Of a stretch of DNA of 64,000 nucleotides, positions 57,801-64,000 are shown in pieces; position 1 is the first letter of the stretch; each line of letters starts with the position of its first letter. This stretch comes from an uncultured Acidobacteriota bacterium. Its GTDB lineage: Bacteria > Acidobacteriota > Thermoanaerobaculia > Multivoradales > DATKCC01. The stretch is taken from positions 201,700-265,699 of the forward strand of contig CAWIQD010000009.1 in the NCBI GenBank assembly GCA_963837945.1, given 5' to 3'. The translations under genes were made by a program, and so were the position numbers. The notes under the pieces were generated by a model. That model did no database searches, was not told the origin of the DNA, and saw only the letters and a program-made list of their open reading frames with translations.

Positions 57801-58253
57801 GGCGACGAGCTGGCCGCGGCCCTCGAGCGGGACGGCCGGGTGACGCTCGGGCTCGCGGACGGCCCGGTCGAGCTCGCAGCCGCCGAGCTCGAGGTGCGCC
57901 TCGCCGAGCGCCCCGGCATCGCGGCCCAGGGCGACCGCGAGCTGCTGGTGGCCCTCGACACCGAGCTCACGCCGGAGCTGGTCGCCGAAGGGCTCGCCCG
58001 GGAGGTGGTCAACCGCATCCAGACCGCGCGCAAGGAGGCCGACCTCGACTACGCCGCCCGCATCCGCGTGCGCTACCGGGCCGGCGACGAGCTCGCCCGG
58101 GCGATCGAAGACCACCGCGACTGGATCGCCGGCGAAACCCTTGCAGCCGAGATCGAGGCCGTCGACGGGGCGGAGGGGGCCGCCACCGGCCTCGCCCCGG
58201 CGCCGGTCGACGAGCACGACTTCGCGTTCACCATCGAGACCGTCGAGGATTGA
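54840..58253 (+). CDS. ileS: isoleucine--tRNA ligase (type 2 / eukaryote-like)
   Basis: YEGPPTAN..PHVGH, GWDTHGLPVE, WTTTPWTL, DQTRGWFY, KMSKR, EGLAREVVNRIQ..RK. Confidence 0.97.
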   Translation: MTETRFPDVPTGYPFPRLEEEVLERWRALRIFAKSLERPAPRGDFVLYEGPPTANNVPHVGHVPARVAKDLFPRFRTMRGYHVARKAGWDTHGLPVEIEVEKRLGFSGKQQIEEYGIAEFNRACLESVRTYEREWRAMTERIAYWTDLDHAYYTFSNEYIESVWWALSELWKRGLLAQGYKIQPYCARCGTTLSSHEVAQNYKETEDPSVWVLFPVEPGQALEPIAGGAWHTPGRLELVAWTTTPWTLLAHVALAVHPEQVYRVIAHPEDPERFLLFGDELAQPVPLDVEVDGKRQRLDLRERPALARVRGADLEGLRYGRPYRTSIEGWRRRCEAAGTPYDGPDDETGFRVVLGGYVTADEGTGLVHTAPRFGEDDYQTGLAYGLPMLETIDSEGHVIGLPGIEAFAGRHFKAADPEIIRDLKERGLLLHTERYRHNYPFCWRCDQPLLYYATESWFVTTTAKKERLIELNRQIAWHPEHVGEGRFGNWLENMVDWALSRRRYWGTPLPVWQCDACEATAVPGSYAELFRLAGRDLPEDPYDPEVFNPHRPAIDEITWPCAECTGTMRRVEEVIDAWFDSGSMPYAQHHYPFENRRDFERQFPADLITEGVDQTRGWFYTLHALGGLLFDSVAYRNCIVLGHINDEQGRKMSKRLGNVLAPGEVIAETGADALRWYLCISNPELTSRFSARLVRESAQNYLLPLWNALSFFTIYANLDGWRPGAAPEIPFAGRPALDRWILLRLDRVAEAVTEGLDAYRIVEPARTLEAFVDDLTNWYVRRSRGRFWASAGGGGETAGAASAAASDSAAASDKESAYQTLYEVLTTFARLTAPFTPFVADELHGRLVRSPAAGAAGAEPVAESVHLEDWPLLEGSAAPTRAEPELERAMGAVQRIVRLGHAARNTHGLKTRQPLASVTLVSSDAGLPALIEPYAELVRDELNVARIAWAADRSAYVHHEVKPVYPKTGPRFGKRMKEVAAALAAADGDELAAALERDGRVTLGLADGPVELAAAELEVRLAERPGIAAQGDRELLVALDTELTPELVAEGLAREVVNRIQTARKEADLDYAARIRVRYRAGDELARAIEDHRDWIAGETLAAEIEAVDGAEGAATGLAPAPVDEHDFAFTIETVED

Positions 58254-58256
58254 ACC

Positions 58257-59615
58257 ATGGCTGGCATCTTCAAGGCGTACGACGTGCGCGGGATCTATCC
58301 CACCGAGATCGACGAGTCGGTGGCCGAGAAGATCGGCCTCGGCTTCCGGGCGGTGCTCGACGACCTGAATGACCCGGACGGCGAGGCGACGGTGGTCGTC
58401 TCGCGCGACATGCGCTCGCACGGCGAGCCGCTCGCCGAGGCACTGATCGCCGGGCTCCGGGGCGCCGGCCTCGACGTGATCGACATCGGCCTCGCGACCA
58501 CCCCGATGAACTACTTCGCCGTCGGCCACCTGGGCGCGGACGGCGGCATCCAGGTCACCGCCAGCCACAACCCGGCCCGGTACAACGGCTTCAAGCTCAG
58601 CCGCCGCGAGGCGCGGCCGGTCTCGGGCACCCACGGGATCCCGGCGCTCGAGCGGCAGGTCACGAGCGGCGACCTCCCGGAGGCCGCCGAGCCGGGCGAG
58701 CTGCGGCGCGAGGAGGTGTTCGACGACTACTCCCAGCACGTCCTCGCCCAGCTTCGCCGGCCGGACGACGCGCGGCGCCTGACGGTGGTGGTCGACGCCG
58801 CCAACGGCATGGGCTCGCTCTACCGGCCGATCCTCGAAGCGCTGGGCGTCGACCTCGTGCCGCTCTACTTCGAGCTCGACGGCACCTTCCCCAACCACGA
58901 GGCCAACCCCCTGAAGCCGGAGAACCTCGTGGACCTCTGCCGGGCGGTCGGCGAGCACGGCGCCGACCTCGGCGTGGCCTTCGACGGCGACGCCGACCGG
59001 GCGGCCTTCGTCGACGAGCGGGGCGTGCCGGTGGGGAGCGACCTGGTGACGGCGCTCGTCGCCGGCGAGCTCCTGGCGCGCACGCCCGGCGGAGCGGTGA
59101 TCTACGACCTGCGCTCCTCCCGCGCGGTGGCCGAGCACATCCGGGCGGCGGGCGGCGTGCCGGTCCGCGAGCGGGTCGGCCACTCGTTCATCAAGGCGAC
59201 GCTCCGCGCGCGCGATGGGATCTTCGGCGGCGAGCTCGCCGGCCACTACTACTTTCGGGAGAACTACTACGCCGACTGCGCGATCCTGGCGGTGATCGAG
59301 ATGCTGAACCTCCTGTGGAAGGAGGACCGGCCGCTCTCGGAGATCGTCCGGCCGCTCGCGCGCTACGCCAAGACACCGGAGACGAACTTCGAGGTCGAGG
59401 ACAAGGAGGGGATGCTCGAGCGCCTCGCCGAGCGCTACTCCGACGCCGAGATCGACCACCTCGACGGCATCACGATCGCCTACCCCACCTGGTGGGCGAA
59501 CGTCCGCCCCTCGAACACCGAGCCGCTCCTGCGCCTGGTCCTCGAAGCCGACACCCCCGAGGAGATGGAGGCCAAGAAGGCCGATCTCGTCGCCCTTCTC
59601 GGCGAGCCGGTGTAG
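58257..59615 (+). CDS. phosphomannomutase/phosphoglucomutase
   Basis: FKAYDVRG, TASHNP, FDGDADR, GELAGH, RPSNTEP. Confidence 0.95.
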   Translation: MAGIFKAYDVRGIYPTEIDESVAEKIGLGFRAVLDDLNDPDGEATVVVSRDMRSHGEPLAEALIAGLRGAGLDVIDIGLATTPMNYFAVGHLGADGGIQVTASHNPARYNGFKLSRREARPVSGTHGIPALERQVTSGDLPEAAEPGELRREEVFDDYSQHVLAQLRRPDDARRLTVVVDAANGMGSLYRPILEALGVDLVPLYFELDGTFPNHEANPLKPENLVDLCRAVGEHGADLGVAFDGDADRAAFVDERGVPVGSDLVTALVAGELLARTPGGAVIYDLRSSRAVAEHIRAAGGVPVRERVGHSFIKATLRARDGIFGGELAGHYYFRENYYADCAILAVIEMLNLLWKEDRPLSEIVRPLARYAKTPETNFEVEDKEGMLERLAERYSDAEIDHLDGITIAYPTWWANVRPSNTEPLLRLVLEADTPEEMEAKKADLVALLGEPV

Positions 59616-59695
59616 CCCCCCCCCGGGGCCGGGTCCCGGCCCGGCCCGCGCGCCGTCCTGCACGGGCCTCGCGGTTGAGCCACAATCGAGGCCGC

Positions 59696-61918
59696 ATGGA
59701 GATCCTGCTGGACGGGGCTCGGGGCATCGCGGCGCTGACGCTGGCGGCGTCCATGGCCTGGCTCGGCTACCGGCTCGCCCTCTGGTGGCTGCCGCGGGCG
59801 GGACCCGCCGCGCGTTGGAGTGCCGCGGCGGTCGCGGCGCTCTGGCTCGCCGTCGCCTCGTTCTGGGCGCTCACGCCGCTCCACGCCTTCCGGCTCTCGG
59901 TCGTCCTGCCGCTGGCACTCGGCGCCGCGCTCCTCGGGGGCCGAACCGTGGGCCGGGCCGGTGCGGCCGCCCGAACGCTGCGCGAGGACCTCCGCCGCCT
60001 CGGGCGCCTGCTGGGCTCCCTCGGCCTCCTCGAGCGGGGGATCCTGGGCGCGGTCCTCGCCGTGGCCCTCCTCCGCGGTCTCCACGCGCTCGCGGCCCCG
60101 CCCCTCGGTTGGGACGACCTCACCTACCACCTGCTCAAGGCCGGTCGCTTCGTCCAGGCCGGAGGGTTCGTGGACACCCCGGCGCCGGATGCCTGGGGGG
60201 TCTACGGCTACCTCGCCGTCGCGGGAGAGATCGTGTGGTCGTGGGCGATGCTGCCGTTCCACGGCGACGCCCTGATCGCCCCGGCCAGCCTCGGCGTCTG
60301 GGGGCTCGCCGTCCTCGGGGTCTACGCCGGCGCCCGGGCGCTCGGCGCGGCGCGGAGCCCTGCGCTCCTCGCGGCGCTCGCGGTCGGCGCCATGCCGGCG
60401 GCGCTCGCCTACGTCGGAAGCGGCTACGTCGACAACCTGACGCTCGCCGGCGCGGCCCTCGGCAGCGTCTTCGTCGTCCGGCTTCTGCGCGGCGCCCCTC
60501 TCCGCGAGGCTCCTCTGGCGGTCGCGGGCCTGGCGCTCGCCGCCGGCACCAAGCTCCTGGGGGTGCCGCTTCTCGCCCTCGGCGGCGCGGCGGTCCTCCT
60601 GCGCCTCGCACACGGGCCCGCGACCGCGCGTGCTCGGGCCGGTGCGCTCGTAGCAACCGTCCTCGCCTGCGCGGTGGCCGCCCCGACCTACGTGAGGACC
60701 TGGGCCGAGCGCGGGTCGCCCCTTTATCCGCTGAGAGTCCAGGTGGCGGGCGTCGAGCTCTCGCCCGGCAATGCGGAGTCGGAGGCGGTGGCCGCGAGGA
60801 TCCTGCGGACGCCACGCCTCAGGCGCACCGCGCCGCAGGCGCTGGCGGTCCTGCTCTTCCGGCGCAGCGCCCCGGGCGCCTTTCTCGGTCCCGGACCGGC
60901 GGCGCCCCTGCTCCTGCTCTTCGCGCTCCTCGCGCTCCCCCGGCTCACCAAGACCAGCGCCCTGGCCGCGCTCTATGTGTCGCTCGTCGCGGCGACCCTT
61001 CTGGGAGCCTACTGGAGCGGTGCCATGGAGCTCTTCCGGACCACCTACATGGCCGGGACCACGGGGCGGTACCTCCTGCCCGCCTTCGCCGCCCTCGGTG
61101 CGCTTTCGGCCTGCGGCCGACCCCGCGTCACGCGGGCCGTGGCGGGGGTCGCCACGGCGCTGGGGGTGCTCCTCGCGGTTCCGTGGGCGGGCTGGCGGGC
61201 GCCCGATGCGCAGGCGACCGCCTGGGTGCTCGTGCCGGTGGCGGGCCTCCTCCTCGGCGGGTGGGCCGCCGCCCGCCTCGTGCGCTCCGCAAGCCGGCCC
61301 TGGCGGGTCGCGGCGGCCGTGGTCGCCCTCCTCGCCACGGCGGGCGGCGCGGCCGGCGTCGAAGCCATACGCCGAGACTTCCGCTACCCGATCTACAGCG
61401 CGGCGGCGCGCCGGGGCCGCCCCACCTTCCTCGTCCACTCCCTGGCCGCCCGCTACGCCGCCGCCTGGCCGGTCTGGCAGGCCCTCGACGGCGCCGCGCC
61501 GCGGACGATCGCCGTCGCGGCCGGCTTCGACCGCCTGGGCCACAACTGGTATCTCTATCCGCTGCTCGGGAGCCGGCTCCAGAACCGGGTGGTCTACGTG
61601 CCGGTGACCGAGAGCGGCGTCGTGCTCGACTACCGCCGCCTCGCCCGGGTCCGGCGCCGGGCTTGCCGCCGGTGCTGGTTGCAACGCCTCGCCGAACGAC
61701 AGGTCACGGACTTCGTCCTTCTCGCGCCCCGGCGGACCCTCGAAGAGGGTTGGGTCGCCCGCTCGCCCGAGCGGTTCGAGCTCGAGGCCCGCGGCGGCCT
61801 CCACGCCGCCTACCGGGTGCACCGGCGGCGCCTCGCCCACCCGGGCGGTGCCGGCAGCGCCGCTACCGCCGGCCGCCGAGGAGGCCGGAGCGCACCAGGA
61901 AGTAGAGCAGGGTCATGA
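59696..61918 (+). CDS. large multi-pass membrane protein, probable GT-C fold glycosyltransferase
   Basis: PPLGWDDLTYHL luminal motif, >12 TM helices, GSPLYP, RYLLP. Confidence 0.7.
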   Translation: MEILLDGARGIAALTLAASMAWLGYRLALWWLPRAGPAARWSAAAVAALWLAVASFWALTPLHAFRLSVVLPLALGAALLGGRTVGRAGAAARTLREDLRRLGRLLGSLGLLERGILGAVLAVALLRGLHALAAPPLGWDDLTYHLLKAGRFVQAGGFVDTPAPDAWGVYGYLAVAGEIVWSWAMLPFHGDALIAPASLGVWGLAVLGVYAGARALGAARSPALLAALAVGAMPAALAYVGSGYVDNLTLAGAALGSVFVVRLLRGAPLREAPLAVAGLALAAGTKLLGVPLLALGGAAVLLRLAHGPATARARAGALVATVLACAVAAPTYVRTWAERGSPLYPLRVQVAGVELSPGNAESEAVAARILRTPRLRRTAPQALAVLLFRRSAPGAFLGPGPAAPLLLLFALLALPRLTKTSALAALYVSLVAATLLGAYWSGAMELFRTTYMAGTTGRYLLPAFAALGALSACGRPRVTRAVAGVATALGVLLAVPWAGWRAPDAQATAWVLVPVAGLLLGGWAAARLVRSASRPWRVAAAVVALLATAGGAAGVEAIRRDFRYPIYSAAARRGRPTFLVHSLAARYAAAWPVWQALDGAAPRTIAVAAGFDRLGHNWYLYPLLGSRLQNRVVYVPVTESGVVLDYRRLARVRRRACRRCWLQRLAERQVTDFVLLAPRRTLEEGWVARSPERFELEARGGLHAAYRVHRRRLAHPGGAGSAATAGRRGGRSAPGSRAGS

Positions 61919-62576
61919 GGGTGGAGACGACCGCCGCCACGTAGGTGAGGGCCGCGGCATCGAGCACCCGGTCCATGCCCGGGCGCTCCGCGGCCGCGAC
62001 GATGCCGTACTCGACCGCCAGGCGCTTGGCGCGGCGGGTGGCGTCGAACTCGACCGGCAGGGTGATCACCTGGAAGACCAGCACTGCCGAGAAGAGCAGG
62101 GCGCCGATGAGGACGATCGACTGGCCGAGGGCGAAGTTCCGGGTGATGTACATCAGGAAGAGACCGCCCAGCATCACGAAGTAGCCGATCCGGGAGCCGA
62201 TGTTGGCGGTCGGCACCAGGGCCGAGCGCAGCCAGAGCGGCTTGTAGTGGTGGGCGTGCTGCACCGCGTGGCCGGCCTCGTGGCAGGCGACGCCGATCGC
62301 GGCGACCGACGCCGAGTCGTAGACTCCCTCCGACAGGGCGAGCGTCTTGGTCGCCGGGTTGTAGTGGTCCGAGAGCATGCCGCGGGTGCGGGTGATCTGG
62401 ACCTCCCGGAGGCCCGATTCGTCGAGCATCCGCCGGGCCGCCTGGGCGCCCGTCAGGCCGCTCATGGCGCGGACGCGGGAATACTTCTTGAATGCCGAAC
62501 GCACCCGGAAGCTCGCCCACAGCGAGAGGGCGAAGGCCGGGAGGATGAACAGGAGATAGGTCGGGTCGAAGAACAT
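61863..62576 (-). CDS. membrane zinc metallopeptidase (YugP/Zn_peptidase_2)
   Basis: LSDHYNP, HEAGHAVQ, TLPVEFDA, AALTYVA. Confidence 0.93.
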   Translation of the reverse strand: MFFDPTYLLFILPAFALSLWASFRVRSAFKKYSRVRAMSGLTGAQAARRMLDESGLREVQITRTRGMLSDHYNPATKTLALSEGVYDSASVAAIGVACHEAGHAVQHAHHYKPLWLRSALVPTANIGSRIGYFVMLGGLFLMYITRNFALGQSIVLIGALLFSAVLVFQVITLPVEFDATRRAKRLAVEYGIVAAAERPGMDRVLDAAALTYVAAVVSTLMTLLYFLVRSGLLGGRR

Positions 62577-62677
62577 CTCTAGGATTCCCCCTTCGTCCGA
62601 TCACAACCCCCGTCGCGGAGCGCCGCATTCCGCAGCGCGCGGGACGAACGACGAACCCACCAGAGCGAGGAGGAGTC

Positions 62678-63403
62678 ATGAGCGACGAGAGTGGCGAGAG
62701 TGGCGAGGTTAGGGAGCGCGTGGCCATCGTCACCGGCGGCAGCCGGGGGATCGGTCGCGCCGTGGTGGAGGCCCTGGCCGGCGACGGCTGGCGGGTGTTC
62801 CTTTGCAGCCTGCACCGAGACTCCGTGGAGACGGCCCTCTCCGAGCTCGGCGGCCGGACCGCGGGCCGCGCGGTCGACGTGCGCGACCAGGACGAGGTCG
62901 AGGCTTTCGTCGGGTGGGTCCTGTCCGAGGCCGGACGCGTGGACTGCCTGGTGAACAACGCCGGCCTCGGCCGCTTCGGCCGGGTCGACGAGCTCGGAGG
63001 CGACGCCTGGCGCGAGGTGATCCAGACCAACCTCGACGGCGCCTTCTACTTCATCCGCGCGGTCGCCCCGGCGATGAAGAGCCAGGGGGGCGGCTTCATC
63101 GTCAACATCGCTTCGCTCGCCGCCAAGAACCCGTTCGCGGGCGGCGCCGCCTACAACGCCAGCAAGTTCGGGATGCTCGGCCTGTCCGAGGCGGCGATGC
63201 TCGACCTGCGCCACGACGGGATCCGGGTGGCGGCGGTGATGCCGGGAAGCGTCGACACCGACTTCGGGCACGACCGCAAGGACACCTCCTGGATGCTCGC
63301 CGGCGAGGACGTGGCGCGGGTGGTGATGGACCTGCTGGCGTTCCCCGAGCGGGCGCTGCCCAGCCGGATCGAGATCCGCCCCTCGATGCCGCCCAAGAAG
63401 TGA
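62678..63403 (+). CDS. SDR family oxidoreductase
   Basis: TGGSRGIG, NNAG, YNASK, PGSVDT. Confidence 0.95.
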   Translation: MSDESGESGEVRERVAIVTGGSRGIGRAVVEALAGDGWRVFLCSLHRDSVETALSELGGRTAGRAVDVRDQDEVEAFVGWVLSEAGRVDCLVNNAGLGRFGRVDELGGDAWREVIQTNLDGAFYFIRAVAPAMKSQGGGFIVNIASLAAKNPFAGGAAYNASKFGMLGLSEAAMLDLRHDGIRVAAVMPGSVDTDFGHDRKDTSWMLAGEDVARVVMDLLAFPERALPSRIEIRPSMPPKK

Positions 63404-63412
63404 CGAGGGGGG

Positions 63413-64000
63413 TTACAGCACCTTCAGCTTCTCGTCGCCGTAGAGCACCTGCGGGCCTTCCGGCATCGGGGCCTTCGCCTGCGCCTCGGACTCGAGCGTG
63501 ATGATGATCGACACCATGTGGTGGTCGATGGCGATCTTGGCCGGGAACATCAGGCTCGCCTCGTTGCCCGACTCGATCACCCCCACCGGCATCGGGCCGT
63601 CGGCGGTGTTGAGCCAGACCTTGTAGACGCCTCCGCCCGAGGGCGTCAGGTTCGAGGCCGCCAGGTACCAGTGCTCGTCGCCGGGGGGCATGTAGAGGAC
63701 CGCGAAGGCGTCGGGCACCATCGGGTTGTCGCCAACCGGGCGGAGCGGGCAGACCTCGACCCCCTTCGTGGCCACCGCCGAGATCAGCTCGCTCATGTCG
63801 CGGAGCTGGCGCAGACCGGCCTCCTGAGCGGCGAGGCGGGCGTCCACCTGGCCGCGCGCGAGGCTCATCTCGGCGAGCGCGCTCTGGGTCTTCTGGAGCT
63901 GCACGTAGAGGAAGCCCGCCAGGCCGAGGGCGACGAGCGCCACCGCGGCGGCGAGGTAGGAGAGCCAGGCGTGGCGATGGGCCGGCGCCGCCGCGGGGGC
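63413..64000 (-). CDS. anti-sigma factor (RskA-like), 5' end outside the window
   Basis: TM helix, coiled coil, YKVWL..ITLE...PEGPQVL C-terminal pattern. Confidence 0.7.
   Translation of the reverse strand, partial: APAAAPAHRHAWLSYLAAAVALVALGLAGFLYVQLQKTQSALAEMSLARGQVDARLAAQEAGLRQLRDMSELISAVATKGVEVCPLRPVGDNPMVPDAFAVLYMPPGDEHWYLAASNLTPSGGGVYKVWLNTADGPMPVGVIESGNEASLMFPAKIAIDHHMVSIIITLESEAQAKAPMPEGPQVLYGDEKLKVL

Noticed and set aside
61863-61918. 56-bp convergent overlap as an antisense regulatory feature
   Set aside because: A low-complexity run-on tail in GC-rich DNA explains it adequately
1-64000. tRNA, rRNA, T-box or riboswitch
   Set aside because: None recognisable by eye; covariance-model searches were not run

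Overview
Very GC-rich bacterial chromosomal window, probably Acidobacteriota (inferred from an ADOP-type orphan permease, TPR-sulfatases and an IPTL-CTERM protein; not verified by search). Core genes include ileS, rlmH, a holA-like gene, mutM, a phosphomannomutase, a DksA/TraR factor and a TetR-TolC-MFP-RND efflux operon. The accessory content is rich. (1) A complete endonuclease-less group II intron (10717-12566, minus strand) sits at the foot of a dispersed REP-like hairpin. An intron-free copy of the same target lies at ~14190-14270 and fixes both intron boundaries. (2) Two different ~165-bp MITE-like elements with perfect 22- and 27-bp terminal inverted repeats lie next to or inside those REP clusters. 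(3) A second palindromic repeat family is translated in frame inside two genes. (4) An AhpD/CMD-family gene has an in-frame CxxU (TGA) and a candidate bacterial SECIS hairpin. (5) An Rpn nuclease carries a strong internal ribosome-binding site. (6) There is also a cytochrome c lipoprotein/small subunit/GMC flavoprotein operon, a lower-GC islet with a divergent HicB/HicA-like pair and an IS1 remnant, and a VapBC pair. Four single-base frameshifts in otherwise intact genes are probably assembly errors. All assignments come from motif recognition by eye; no database searches were run.
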